From positions 65,691 to 129,690 of the forward strand of contig JAZNSH010000017.1 in assembly GCA_045591115.1 (NCBI GenBank): a DNA stretch of 64,000 bases. The letters run 5' to 3'. The DNA comes from Clostridia bacterium (GTDB lineage Bacteria > Bacillota > Clostridia > Christensenellales > QALW01). How positions within the stretch are numbered: the stretch's first letter is position 1; the number at the start of each line of letters is the position of its first letter. The notes beneath the pieces are model-generated. The model saw only the letters and a list, made by a program, of their open reading frames with translations. It made no database searches and was not told where the DNA came from. Positions 37,507-46,800 of the stretch are shown here, piece after piece. A program made the position numbers and the translations under genes.

Positions 37507-39852
37507 ATGAATTTTTTAACTTTTTTACAGAATAATATTGTGATCTTTGATGGCTCAATGGGAACTCTTTTAATGGAAAAGGGCTACACTTCAAGTCCTG
37601 AAAGGCTCAACATTGAAGCACCCGACCTTATTAAGGAAATACATAAAAGCTATTTTGACAGCGGTTCAAACGTTGTTTCAACAAATACCTTTGGTGCAAA
37701 CATTCTTAAATATGATGAAATAGAGCTTGAAGAGATCATAAAAAATGCCATCAAAAATGCAAAGGATGCCAAAGAGGAAAGTGCTTCAAAAAAGGAAAAG
37801 TTCGTTGCTCTTGATATAGGGCCAACGGGTAAGCTTTTAAAGCCATTAGGTGATCTTCCTTTTGAAAAGGCAGTTGAAGTTTTCAAGAAAACCGTTGAAA
37901 TTGCAGTTAAATACGGAGTCGATCTCGTTTTGATCGAAACGATGAACGATAGCCTTGAAACTAAGGCGGCGCTTCTTGCAGTTAAGGAAAGCTGTGATCT
38001 TCCGGTAATCGTAACCAATGCATATAATGAGGACGGAAAGCTGATGACGGGGGCAACACCTGAGGCAATGTGTGCTATGCTTGAGGGAATGGGTGTTTCG
38101 GCTCTTGGTGCAAACTGCTCATTGGGACCGTTGCAATTAAGGAGCGTTATTGAAAAGCTTCTTAAAAATGCCTCAGTACCGATAGTATTTAAGCCTAATG
38201 CAGGCCTGCCTCGTGAAATAAACGGAAAAACCTATTTTGATATTACGGCAGAGGAATTTTCTCTCTGCGTTACTGAGCTTATTAAAAAGGGCGTCCGTGT
38301 TGCAGGCGGCTGTTGCGGAACAACTCCTGAATATATCGCTTTATTATCGGAGAAAACCAAGGAGCTTAAGGCGATTCCCATTGAAAAAAAGAATAAAACG
38401 GTTATTTCATCCTATACCCACGCAGTAGAATTTGATAAGCCTCTTTTAATAGGTGAGCGCATTAACCCAACAGGCAAAAAAAGATTCAAGCAGGCCTTAA
38501 TTGAAAATGATATAAATTATATTTTAAACGAAGGTATTCTTCAGGCAGAAAAAGGCGTGCATATTCTTGATGTTAACGTAGGCTTACCTGATATAGACGA
38601 AAAAGAGATCCTTGAAAAAGTCGTTTATGAGCTTCAGGCGGTTATAAACAGACCGTTGCAGATAGATACTTCTGATTATGTTGCAATGGAAAAAGCATTG
38701 AGAATCTATAACGGCAAGGCAATGATAAACTCCGTTAACGGCAAAAAGGAAAGTATGGAAAACATTTTCCCCCTTGTGAAGAAATACGGCGGAGTGGTGG
38801 TCGCTCTTACCTTAGATGAAAATGGAATTCCCGAAACTGCTGAGGGCAGAGTAGAGATTGCAAGGAAGATATTAAGAGAAGCTGAAAAGTACGGCATTGA
38901 TAAAAAGGATATCGTGTTTGATGCTCTCACTTTAACGGTAAGTGCCGATAAAAATTCCGCAGTAACTACGCTGAATACCCAAGAAATAATAAAAAATGAG
39001 CTTAAGTGCCACACGGTTTTAGGCGTTTCAAATGTGTCCTTCGGCTTGCCTGAGAGAGAAAAAATAAATTCCACATTCTTTGCAATGGCATTAGAGAAAG
39101 GTCTTTCGGCGGCAATTATGAATCCATATTCAAATATGATGATGGATGCATATTATAGCTTTCTTGCTCTTTCGGGACTTGATGAAAACTGTGCCCAATA
39201 TATTGAGAACGTTGAAAAATCGGTTAAAGAAGTCAAAACGGAAAGCGTTGATACCTTGGAAAGCACCATTATAAAGGGCTTAAAGGATAAGGCGGAAGAA
39301 ATAACGAAAAATCTTCTTTTAACGGATGAACCTCTGAGAATAGTAAACGAAAAGATCATTCCTGCACTTAATGTTGTGGGCGAGGGCTTTGAAAACAAAA
39401 GAGTATATCTGCCGCAGCTTTTAATGAGTGCTGAGGCGGCAAAAGCGTCCTTTGAGGTTATTAAAACCAAGTTTTCCCAAAGCGGAGGCAAAGGGAAATT
39501 CGTGCTTGCAACGGTTGAAGGTGATATACACGATATCGGCAAAAACATCGTAAAGCTTCTGCTTGAAAATTACGGCTTTGAGGTTTGTGATTTAGGAAAG
39601 GATGTTCCGCCCCAAAAAATCGTGGATGCCGTTAAGGAAACGGGTGCAAGGCTGGTCGGCTTAAGTGCACTTATGACAACTACCGTGCCCAAAATGGAGG
39701 AAACTATTCTTTTATTAAGAAAAGAGACGCCTGAAGCAAAGGTTATTGTTGGCGGTGCGGTGTTAAATGAGGATTATGCAAAGAAGATCGGTGCCGATAA
39801 GTACGCAAAGGATGCTATGGAAACTGTCCGCTATGCCGAAAAAAATTTATAA
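37507..39852 (+). CDS. metH: methionine synthase, short form (Hcy-methyltransferase, pterin-binding and B12-binding domains; no reactivation domain)
   Basis: GCCGTTP (Hcy Zn site), a pterin-binding middle region and the DIHDIGKN B12 motif are present. At 781 aa it ends directly after the B12 domain. Confidence 0.88.
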   Translation: MNFLTFLQNNIVIFDGSMGTLLMEKGYTSSPERLNIEAPDLIKEIHKSYFDSGSNVVSTNTFGANILKYDEIELEEIIKNAIKNAKDAKEESASKKEKFVALDIGPTGKLLKPLGDLPFEKAVEVFKKTVEIAVKYGVDLVLIETMNDSLETKAALLAVKESCDLPVIVTNAYNEDGKLMTGATPEAMCAMLEGMGVSALGANCSLGPLQLRSVIEKLLKNASVPIVFKPNAGLPREINGKTYFDITAEEFSLCVTELIKKGVRVAGGCCGTTPEYIALLSEKTKELKAIPIEKKNKTVISSYTHAVEFDKPLLIGERINPTGKKRFKQALIENDINYILNEGILQAEKGVHILDVNVGLPDIDEKEILEKVVYELQAVINRPLQIDTSDYVAMEKALRIYNGKAMINSVNGKKESMENIFPLVKKYGGVVVALTLDENGIPETAEGRVEIARKILREAEKYGIDKKDIVFDALTLTVSADKNSAVTTLNTQEIIKNELKCHTVLGVSNVSFGLPEREKINSTFFAMALEKGLSAAIMNPYSNMMMDAYYSFLALSGLDENCAQYIENVEKSVKEVKTESVDTLESTIIKGLKDKAEEITKNLLLTDEPLRIVNEKIIPALNVVGEGFENKRVYLPQLLMSAEAAKASFEVIKTKFSQSGGKGKFVLATVEGDIHDIGKNIVKLLLENYGFEVCDLGKDVPPQKIVDAVKETGARLVGLSALMTTTVPKMEETILLLRKETPEAKVIVGGAVLNEDYAKKIGADKYAKDAMETVRYAEKNL

Positions 39853-39862
39853 AAAAGTAAAA

Positions 39863-39895
39863 GCGGTTCACTAAAAAAAGTGAATCGCTTTTTTT
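39863..39895 (+). terminator. intrinsic terminator after metH
   Basis: GCGGTTCAC/GTGAATCGC hairpin followed by T7. Confidence 0.75.
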
Positions 39896-40178
39896 GAAGT
39901 TAAAGGTTCAAACTGTTTTCGTCTAATAAAAAGTTACATATACCAATGGTAATTATTCCGTAGTCATTGCGACGAATCCTTATGTTATCACGAACGACAA
40001 TTATTTTTTTAAATGAATCGTTTATTTCTAATAATGGTGTATATACACCTTTTTTCGTAATACATTATAATTTGCAAAAAGAGTAATGTAAATAACTTTT
40101 TTTATTAGATTTTTTGTAAAAGCCTCTTTTTTTTCTTTAAAAAATTTGGTATAATATAAAAAAAGGGGGAAGAAACTT

Positions 40179-41672
40179 ATGAAAAAATTGTTTGCGGGAA
40201 TGTTGGTGCTTGTTCTTTTAATGACGTGCGGTGTTTCGGTGTGCGCTGAGGGAGCAAAGGATATTACGCCATACGTTATATACGAAAAAGCAGACGGCGA
40301 AATTACCATAATCAGGTGCGATTCCGAAACTGCAGAGGGCGATTTTTATATTCCCGAAACAATAGAGGGGCTTCCCGTAACAAAAATAGGCATCAGTGCA
40401 TTTTCTTGCTGCTATCAAATAACGAGCATCAGGCTGCCCAAAAGTATAAAAAGCATCGGGGCAGGGGCATTTGCGAAATGCTATGACCTTAAACAAATTG
40501 ATTTAGGCAACGTTGAGGTTATTGGCGAAGAGGCTTTCTGGGCTTGCAGCTTTAAAGAAATTCATTTCCCTGCAACCGTTAAAAAAATTGAAATTGGCAG
40601 AAGTGTGTTTTTTGAAAATTTTAGCCTTGAAAAAATCACCGTTGATGAAAATAACCCCTATTATTACAGTGAGAATAACTGCTTAATTGAAAAGGAGAGC
40701 AAAAATCTTATTTCAGGCTGTAAAAACAGTATTATCCCCCAAAATATAACGGCTATTGCTAACGGTGCTTTTTGCACTTTTGACAAGGAAGAGGTTATTA
40801 TCCCATCAACAGTAAAGAGCATTGGTGAAAGTGCTTTCAGGTATTGCGGTTTTAAAAAAATCACTATCCCTGAGGGCGTTACCGAAATAAAGCCTTATAC
40901 CTTTGAAGCCTGCGAAAAGCTTGAAACGGTTATTTTGCCTGAAAGCATAAAAGCTATTGGCGACGGTGCTTTTATGGCGTGCACAAGGTTACAGAATATA
41001 AATTTACCACAAAATCTTGAAAGCATTGGCGGTAGTGCCTTTTACGGTTGCGCCATTAAAGAAGTAAATATCCCCAAAAATGTAAAAAGTCTTGATAATG
41101 GTGTAATGTGGGCGATTCATTATTGTAACGACCTTGAAATAATAACGGTTGATGAGGAAAATCCCATTTATTACAGTGAAAATAATTGTCTGATAGAAAA
41201 GGAAACTCAAAGGCTTGTAATGGCTTGCAAAACAAGTACCATTCCCGGAAAAGTAAAGGTTATCGGGACAACTGCTTTTTCTAACGGTGACGTTGAAAGC
41301 ATAGTTATACCTGAGGGCGTTGAAAGAATTGAGGAAGATGTTTTTTCAGGCGGTAAAAATCTTAAAAACGTAACGATACCTGCAACCGTTAAATTTATAG
41401 GCGAAGGGGCATTTGATGGAAAGAATAAATTAAATGTAACTTATAACGGTACGGAAACAGAGTGGCAAAAAATTGAAATTGAGGGAAAACGCAATAAGAA
41501 TTTAGATAAGGTAATCTTTGCCAATGAAGAAACGGTCTCACCTGAAGTAACGGTAAAACCTGAAAAAATGCCTGAAACGGAACAAAATTACGATACCATA
41601 ATATTTTTATCAGCCATTATGATAGTGCTTATAATAATAATGTTTTTTATTACTTCAAAAAATAAAAGGTAG
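40179..41672 (+). CDS. BspA-type leucine-rich-repeat surface protein with C-terminal TM anchor
   Basis: A signal peptide and repeated I..IG..AF..C..L..I.IP units are present, with a hydrophobic C-terminus. Confidence 0.8.
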   Translation: MKKLFAGMLVLVLLMTCGVSVCAEGAKDITPYVIYEKADGEITIIRCDSETAEGDFYIPETIEGLPVTKIGISAFSCCYQITSIRLPKSIKSIGAGAFAKCYDLKQIDLGNVEVIGEEAFWACSFKEIHFPATVKKIEIGRSVFFENFSLEKITVDENNPYYYSENNCLIEKESKNLISGCKNSIIPQNITAIANGAFCTFDKEEVIIPSTVKSIGESAFRYCGFKKITIPEGVTEIKPYTFEACEKLETVILPESIKAIGDGAFMACTRLQNINLPQNLESIGGSAFYGCAIKEVNIPKNVKSLDNGVMWAIHYCNDLEIITVDEENPIYYSENNCLIEKETQRLVMACKTSTIPGKVKVIGTTAFSNGDVESIVIPEGVERIEEDVFSGGKNLKNVTIPATVKFIGEGAFDGKNKLNVTYNGTETEWQKIEIEGKRNKNLDKVIFANEETVSPEVTVKPEKMPETEQNYDTIIFLSAIMIVLIIIMFFITSKNKR

Positions 41673-41681
41673 AGGTTTTTT

Positions 41682-42338
41682 ATGAAAGACGTTTTAAATA
41701 AGGTTGACCACACCTTGTTATTACAGGGGGCAACGTGGAATGAAATTAAAGAAGTTATTGATGACGGTTTAAAATATAATACTGCAAGTGTGTGCATTCC
41801 GCCTTGTTACGTAAAAACGGCAAGGGAATATAATAAAGATATAACAATCTGCACAGTTATCGGCTTTCCCAACGGCAATATGACAACTGAAGCCAAGTGC
41901 TTTGAAGCGCAGGATGCCGTAAAGTGCGGTGCAGATGAAATTGATATGGTTATAAATATCGGCTTTTTGAAAGATAAAAGATACGGTGATATTTTAGAGG
42001 AGATAAATAAAATAAAAGCTTGTTGCAACGGTAGAATTTTAAAAGTCATTATTGAAACTTGCCTTTTAACAGATGAAGAAAAAGTGAAAATGTGCCAGAT
42101 CGTTGAAGAAAGCGATGCGGATTTTATTAAGACATCAACGGGATTTTCTTCAGGCGGTGCAACGAAAGAGGATATAAAGCTGTTTTCTGAAAACATAAAA
42201 ACCAAAAAGATCAAGGCGGCAGGGGGAATAAAATCAATAGAAGATGCAAAAGATTTTATTTCGCTTGGTGCAAGCCGACTTGGAACAAGCAGATTAGTAA
42301 AGTTAGCTAAGGAGGAAAATGATGACACCTCATATTAA
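41682..42338 (+). CDS. deoC: deoxyribose-phosphate aldolase
   Basis: DHTLL, GFP.G, DMVINIG and FIKTSTGF (Schiff-base Lys) motifs are present. Confidence 0.92.
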   Translation: MKDVLNKVDHTLLLQGATWNEIKEVIDDGLKYNTASVCIPPCYVKTAREYNKDITICTVIGFPNGNMTTEAKCFEAQDAVKCGADEIDMVINIGFLKDKRYGDILEEINKIKACCNGRILKVIIETCLLTDEEKVKMCQIVEESDADFIKTSTGFSSGGATKEDIKLFSENIKTKKIKAAGGIKSIEDAKDFISLGASRLGTSRLVKLAKEENDDTSY

Positions 42339-43020
42339 GGCAGAAAAGGGCGATTTTGCAAAAACTGTGCTTATGCCCGGTGATCCCAAACGTGCAAAAT
42401 TCGTTGCTGAGAATTTTTTAAGGGATGCAAAGCTTGTAAATGACGTTCGCGGTGTTCAGGGTTACACGGGATATTATAAGGATAAACGTGTTTCCGTTAT
42501 GGCAAGCGGAATGGGAATGCCCTCAATCGGCATATATTCCTATGAGCTTTTTAAGTTTTTTGATGTGGAAAATATCATCCGTATCGGCTCGGCAGGGGCG
42601 ATGAATGAAAATGTTAAGGTCAGGGATATCGTTTTAGCGCAAGGCGCATCAACAGATTCAAACTATGGTCATCAGTACGCTTTACCAGGAACATATGCAA
42701 ATGTGTGCAACTATGAATTATTGGAAAGCGCAGTTAACACAGCACGGGAAAAGGGATATAATTTCCATGTTGGCAACGTGCTTTCAACAGATGTTTTCTA
42801 TTCTGAGCTTGACACTCTTTCTCTCTGGGGCAAAATGGGAGTTTTAGCCGTTGAAATGGAAGCGGCGGCATTATATATGAATGCGGCACGGTTAAACAAA
42901 AGGGCACTTGCTATCCTCACCGTTTCCGATCATCTTAAAACGGGGGAAAGCTTATCAAGTGATGAAAGAGAAAAATCCTTTAAGGAAATGATGACTCTTG
43001 CATTAGAGGTAGCACGATGA
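42319..43020 (+). CDS. deoD: purine nucleoside phosphorylase DeoD-type
   Basis: TPHI.A..GDFA..VLMPGDP.RA and VEMEAAALY motifs are present. Confidence 0.92.
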   Translation: MMTPHIKAEKGDFAKTVLMPGDPKRAKFVAENFLRDAKLVNDVRGVQGYTGYYKDKRVSVMASGMGMPSIGIYSYELFKFFDVENIIRIGSAGAMNENVKVRDIVLAQGASTDSNYGHQYALPGTYANVCNYELLESAVNTAREKGYNFHVGNVLSTDVFYSELDTLSLWGKMGVLAVEMEAAALYMNAARLNKRALAILTVSDHLKTGESLSSDEREKSFKEMMTLALEVAR

Positions 43021-43391
43021 AGGATTTATGTAAAAGAGCAATAGAAGCATCAAAAAATTCCTATTCGCCCTATTCAAAATATAGAGTCGGTGCGGCACTT
43101 TTAACAAAAAGCGGAAAGATCTATGAGGGCGCAAACATCGAGAACGCTTCATATTCGCCAACGGTCTGCGCTGAGCGTGTTGCGATTTTTAAGGCGGTAT
43201 ATGACGGTGAACGTGATTTTAAGGCTATTTCCATTTTCGGTGAAAATCTTGCATACCCTTGCGGTGTGTGCAGGCAGGTTCTATCTGAATTTTGTTCTCC
43301 TGAGCTTAAAATATTCATCGTTAAGGATGAAGATAATTTTGAGGAAACTACTTTAGGCGAGCTTTTGCCCAAAAGCTTTAAGTTGGAGTGA
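43017..43391 (+). CDS. cdd: cytidine deaminase
   Basis: CAER and PCG.CRQ zinc motifs are present. There is an ATGA overlap with deoD. Confidence 0.92.
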   Translation: MKDLCKRAIEASKNSYSPYSKYRVGAALLTKSGKIYEGANIENASYSPTVCAERVAIFKAVYDGERDFKAISIFGENLAYPCGVCRQVLSEFCSPELKIFIVKDEDNFEETTLGELLPKSFKLE

Positions 43392-43395
43392 TTTA

Positions 43396-44691
43396 ATGCG
43401 CATTTACGATATAATTTTAAAAAAACGCGATGGCGGTGTTTTGACAAAAGAAGAAATTGAGTTTTTTGTTAAAGGCTACACTTTTGGGGAAATTCCCGAT
43501 TATCAGGCTTCAGCCTTAATGATGGCAATATTTTTTAGAGGGATGACCGATGATGAAACGGCGATTTTAACTGAAAGTATGGCTTTTTCGGGGGATACAG
43601 TTGATCTGTCTGAATTTAATGAGCTTTCCTGCGATAAACATTCAACGGGCGGTGTGGGCGATAAAACAAGCCTTATTGTTGCGCCGATAGTTGCCTCTTT
43701 AGGCGGTTACGTTACCAAAATGTCAGGTCGTGGATTAGGCCATACGGGAGGAACGGTTGATAAGCTGGAATCCATTCCCGGATATAAAACAGAGCTTTCC
43801 CAAGAAGAGTTTTTAGATGCGGTTAGAAAAACGGGTATGGCGATCATCGGGCAGACGGGCAATTTAGCACCCTGCGATAAAAAGCTTTACGCACTTAGGG
43901 ACGTTACTGCAACGGTAGATTCCATTCCCTTGATAACTGCAAGCATAATGTCAAAAAAGCTGGCGGCAGGCTCAAAAAATATCGTTCTTGACGTTAAATG
44001 GGGCAGCGGTGCATTTATGAAAACTGCCGAGGATGCCCAAAAGCTTGCGGAAAATATGGTAACCATCGGCAAAAGGTGCGGGCGAAATATGGCGGCACTT
44101 ATAACGGATATGAACACGCCTTTAGGCAATAATATCGGCAATTCCTTGGAGATCATCGAGGCAGTTCAGATCCTTAAAAACCAAAAGGAATGTGATCTGA
44201 AGGAGGTTTCGGTTAGCTTAAGCACAAACATTGTGGCGCTTTTAAAGAAAATTGAACCTAATGAGGCTGAAAAGCTTGTGCGCAAGGCAATTTCTGACGG
44301 TAGCGCCTTCAATAAAATGAAAGAATGGGTAAAAACTCAGGGCGGAGACGTTTCTTATATAGAAAACACCGAAAAGTTTGAAAAAGCCAAGCTGAAAAAA
44401 GAGATATTTGCCGAAAAAGATGGCTATATAAGCAAAATGAATGCTGAAAAAATCGGCATAATCGCTTGCATCTTAGGTGCAGGCAGAGAGAAAAAGGACG
44501 ATAAGATAGATTTTTCTGCAGGCATAATTTTAAATAAAAAGACGGGCGATTTCGTTAAAAAAGGCGAAAAGCTCTGCACACTTTTCACCAATAAGCCTGA
44601 AACTTTTGAAAAGGTAAACTATTTTGATGCAATAGAAATTTCGGAAAATGAACCCGAAAAGACGCCTCTTGTTTATGAGGTTATACGATAA
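43396..44691 (+). CDS. pdp: pyrimidine-nucleoside phosphorylase
   Basis: DKHSTGGVGD and SGRGLGHTGGT motifs are present. Confidence 0.92.
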   Translation: MRIYDIILKKRDGGVLTKEEIEFFVKGYTFGEIPDYQASALMMAIFFRGMTDDETAILTESMAFSGDTVDLSEFNELSCDKHSTGGVGDKTSLIVAPIVASLGGYVTKMSGRGLGHTGGTVDKLESIPGYKTELSQEEFLDAVRKTGMAIIGQTGNLAPCDKKLYALRDVTATVDSIPLITASIMSKKLAAGSKNIVLDVKWGSGAFMKTAEDAQKLAENMVTIGKRCGRNMAALITDMNTPLGNNIGNSLEIIEAVQILKNQKECDLKEVSVSLSTNIVALLKKIEPNEAEKLVRKAISDGSAFNKMKEWVKTQGGDVSYIENTEKFEKAKLKKEIFAEKDGYISKMNAEKIGIIACILGAGREKKDDKIDFSAGIILNKKTGDFVKKGEKLCTLFTNKPETFEKVNYFDAIEISENEPEKTPLVYEVIR

Positions 44692-44718
44692 AAAGACTGC
44701 AAAAGCAGTCTTTTTTTT
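44691..44718. terminator. bidirectional terminator
   Basis: GACTGC/GCAGTC hairpin with A4 upstream and T8 downstream. Confidence 0.75.
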
Positions 44719-44747
44719 GATCAAAAAGGCAGATTTACGGTGAAAAA

Positions 44748-45224
44748 TCACATAACTTCCTCTGCGATATTTATTACAGTCTTTTTCTGTTTAAGAGCAT
44801 ATTGTATGGCTTGATATGCACCACCCTCATTACGTTCAATATAGCAAATTATTAAATCTGATCTGTCGACCATTTCCTTGTTTCGTATTTGTATAGCCCT
44901 TTTAGGGAACACTCCCCACGCTTTTTCGCTTATATCAACTTCACCGTAAAACTCATCAAAGCTCTTTTTGTTGTTTAAATATTCAGCGGTTTTATACGGT
45001 AAGACCAAAACAAGAGTGCTATTACAATGATTATATTCTTCTTGCGTGTGCTTTATTATTGCTGAAACACATATATCAAATTCACCATTCCGCCCCACAA
45101 GAAAATCAACGTACTCATTTTCCTCAATAAGTTTAATTATCAGCTTTTTAAGAATCTTTTCAATTTTTGCAGTGTTTTTTATATTTCTATGCCCAAAAAA
45201 CGCCACAGTAAAAATATTCAGCAT
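44748..45224 (-). CDS. SLOG-superfamily protein (DUF1273/YpsA-like)
   Basis: FFGHR at the N-terminus and GGAYQAIQYA near the C-terminus are typical of the SLOG/DprA-like Rossmann fold. Confidence 0.55.
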   Translation of the reverse strand: MLNIFTVAFFGHRNIKNTAKIEKILKKLIIKLIEENEYVDFLVGRNGEFDICVSAIIKHTQEEYNHCNSTLVLVLPYKTAEYLNNKKSFDEFYGEVDISEKAWGVFPKRAIQIRNKEMVDRSDLIICYIERNEGGAYQAIQYALKQKKTVINIAEEVM

Positions 45225-45272
45225 ATTTTTTTCTCCTTATTACTGATTATAGTTTGAATCACATATACATTA

Positions 45273-45289
45273 TACCGCTATCAGCGGTA
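45273..45289. promoter_or_regulatory. palindromic candidate operator in divergent promoter region
   Basis: TACCGCT-atc-AGCGGTA palindrome. Extra CGGTAA half-sites lie at about 45304 and, inverted, at about 45327. Confidence 0.45.
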
Positions 45290-45371
45290 ATTATCAAGTA
45301 TAATCGGTAAATACATCGTGAATATTACCGCGCAAATTATTATACAATAATAAAAAAGCGAGGTATTTACA

Positions 45372-45683
45372 ATGGATTTAAAATTTATCAGAGATAGAAT
45401 TTCCGTTTTAAGGACAAAAAAGAATATTTCCGAATATAGAATGAGCACCGATTTAGGGCACAGCAAAAGTTATATGCAAAGCATTTCTTCAGGTAGGTCA
45501 ATGCCATCGTTAAATGAATTTCTTTATATTTGTGAATATCTTGGCGTAACACCAAAGGAATTTTTTGATGAGGATATAACTGAGCCACAGCTTGTGCAAA
45601 AGCTTTATCAGTTAACACGTAATATGTCAAAAGAAGACCTTGAAATTCTTATAAATACCGCTGAGCGTTTGAACTTAAAATAA
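45372..45683 (+). CDS. XRE-family helix-turn-helix transcriptional regulator
   Basis: The HTH_3-like region R....K.IS.Y.MS..LG.S..Y...I..G is present. Confidence 0.75.
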   Translation: MDLKFIRDRISVLRTKKNISEYRMSTDLGHSKSYMQSISSGRSMPSLNEFLYICEYLGVTPKEFFDEDITEPQLVQKLYQLTRNMSKEDLEILINTAERLNLK

Positions 45684-45688
45684 AAATT

Positions 45689-45720
45689 AGCACCTGCATT
45701 TGTTTTGCAGGTGCTTTTTT
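45689..45720. terminator. bidirectional terminator
   Basis: AGCACCTGC/GCAGGTGCT hairpin followed by T6. Confidence 0.75.
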
Positions 45721-45738
45721 GTATTAAGAAAAGCACCG

Positions 45739-46695
45739 TTACACAGTGCTTCTATCAACCAAAATAGTTGGTATATTATAAGTCTTGGGGGTGAAGGTGT
45801 TTTTGAGGACTTCCTCGGAAAGATCGTCAATTAGCGTGGAAAAGACGTTCTTAAAATCATAGCCGATGGTGGTAAGACCGTTGAAGAAGTATTCTGAGGA
45901 GGGCACATTGTTTATGCCCATAACGGCAACATCCTTGGGCACGTTTATTCCGTTTTTAACTAAGGTGTGGATGAAGCCAAAGGCGATTTCATCATATGCG
46001 CAGATCACTGCATCGGGGCGAGAAGAATCCTTTAAAAAATTAAGGGCACATTCTTCACCGGCTTTTCCGAAACGCTGATTGCTTTTATAGGTGCGAAAAA
46101 TGGAAAGGTCTTTTTCCTTAAGAGCGTTTAAAAGGTGGATTTCTTTGTGAGTAGAGTGGCTTTCGCCTGCATAGGCGATCTTCTTTTTGCCTGCCTTTAT
46201 TAAGCGGTCAACGCACTGCTTCAGAACAACGGAATAATCAATTACGAGCTTTGAATATCTGTCAAGACCTTTCTGGCAGACGATGGGAATATTGCCGTTT
46301 TCCACTTCAAAGGGAATATTGTTAAAGCAGATAATGGAATCGTGGCTTGAATCCTCAATACAGCTTTTAATAATATTGCGGAGCTTTTCCTCGGAAAAAT
46401 CGTTATAATAAACGGTGCAATCGGAGCCCTTTTTGCGAATTATTTCGGCAAGGGCGGTCACCAGATCAGAATAGTGGGAGCTTATTATCTCAGGGCAAAT
46501 TATTGCCACGTTGATACTGTTCTTACGCTTGTTTTCCATTTTAACGCGCTTCTTTTCGCGGAAATACCCTTGCTCATCAGCAATTTTTAAGATGCTTTCC
46601 CGTGTTTCGGGGTTAATATCAAAGGAATTATTGAGCGCCCTGGATACTGTTGAAACGGAAACGTTTGCAAGCTTCGCGATCTTCTGTAACGTCAT
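45739..46695 (-). CDS. LacI-family transcriptional regulator
   Basis: An N-terminal TLQKIAKLANVSVSTVSRALN HTH is followed by a periplasmic-binding-like sugar domain. Confidence 0.9.
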   Translation of the reverse strand: MTLQKIAKLANVSVSTVSRALNNSFDINPETRESILKIADEQGYFREKKRVKMENKRKNSINVAIICPEIISSHYSDLVTALAEIIRKKGSDCTVYYNDFSEEKLRNIIKSCIEDSSHDSIICFNNIPFEVENGNIPIVCQKGLDRYSKLVIDYSVVLKQCVDRLIKAGKKKIAYAGESHSTHKEIHLLNALKEKDLSIFRTYKSNQRFGKAGEECALNFLKDSSRPDAVICAYDEIAFGFIHTLVKNGINVPKDVAVMGINNVPSSEYFFNGLTTIGYDFKNVFSTLIDDLSEEVLKNTFTPKTYNIPTILVDRSTV

Positions 46696-46712
46696 AAAAC
46701 CACCTCAACACC

Positions 46713-46740
46713 ATTATATCACCTTTTTTCGCTCTGTCAA
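46713..46740 (-). promoter_or_regulatory. sigma-A-type promoter of the LacI-family gene
   Basis: TTGACA, 16-nt spacer, TATAAT on the minus strand. Confidence 0.55.
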
Positions 46741-46763
46741 TTTTAAAAATAACGGAATTTTTT

Positions 46764-46793
46764 CGAAAAAAAGGAACCTATTATTGGTTCCTT
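46764..46793 (-). terminator. intrinsic terminator after GH42 gene
   Basis: AAGGAACC/GGTTCCTT hairpin with a T-run on the minus strand. Confidence 0.65.
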
Positions 46794-46800
46794 AATTTTT

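Noticed and set aside
39897-40060. Possible small transcription unit ending at the GGTGTATATACACC plus T6 hairpin
   Set aside because: The terminator-like palindrome is clear, but no convincing promoter or conserved ORF was found between the metH terminator and it. The evidence is insufficient to call an sRNA.
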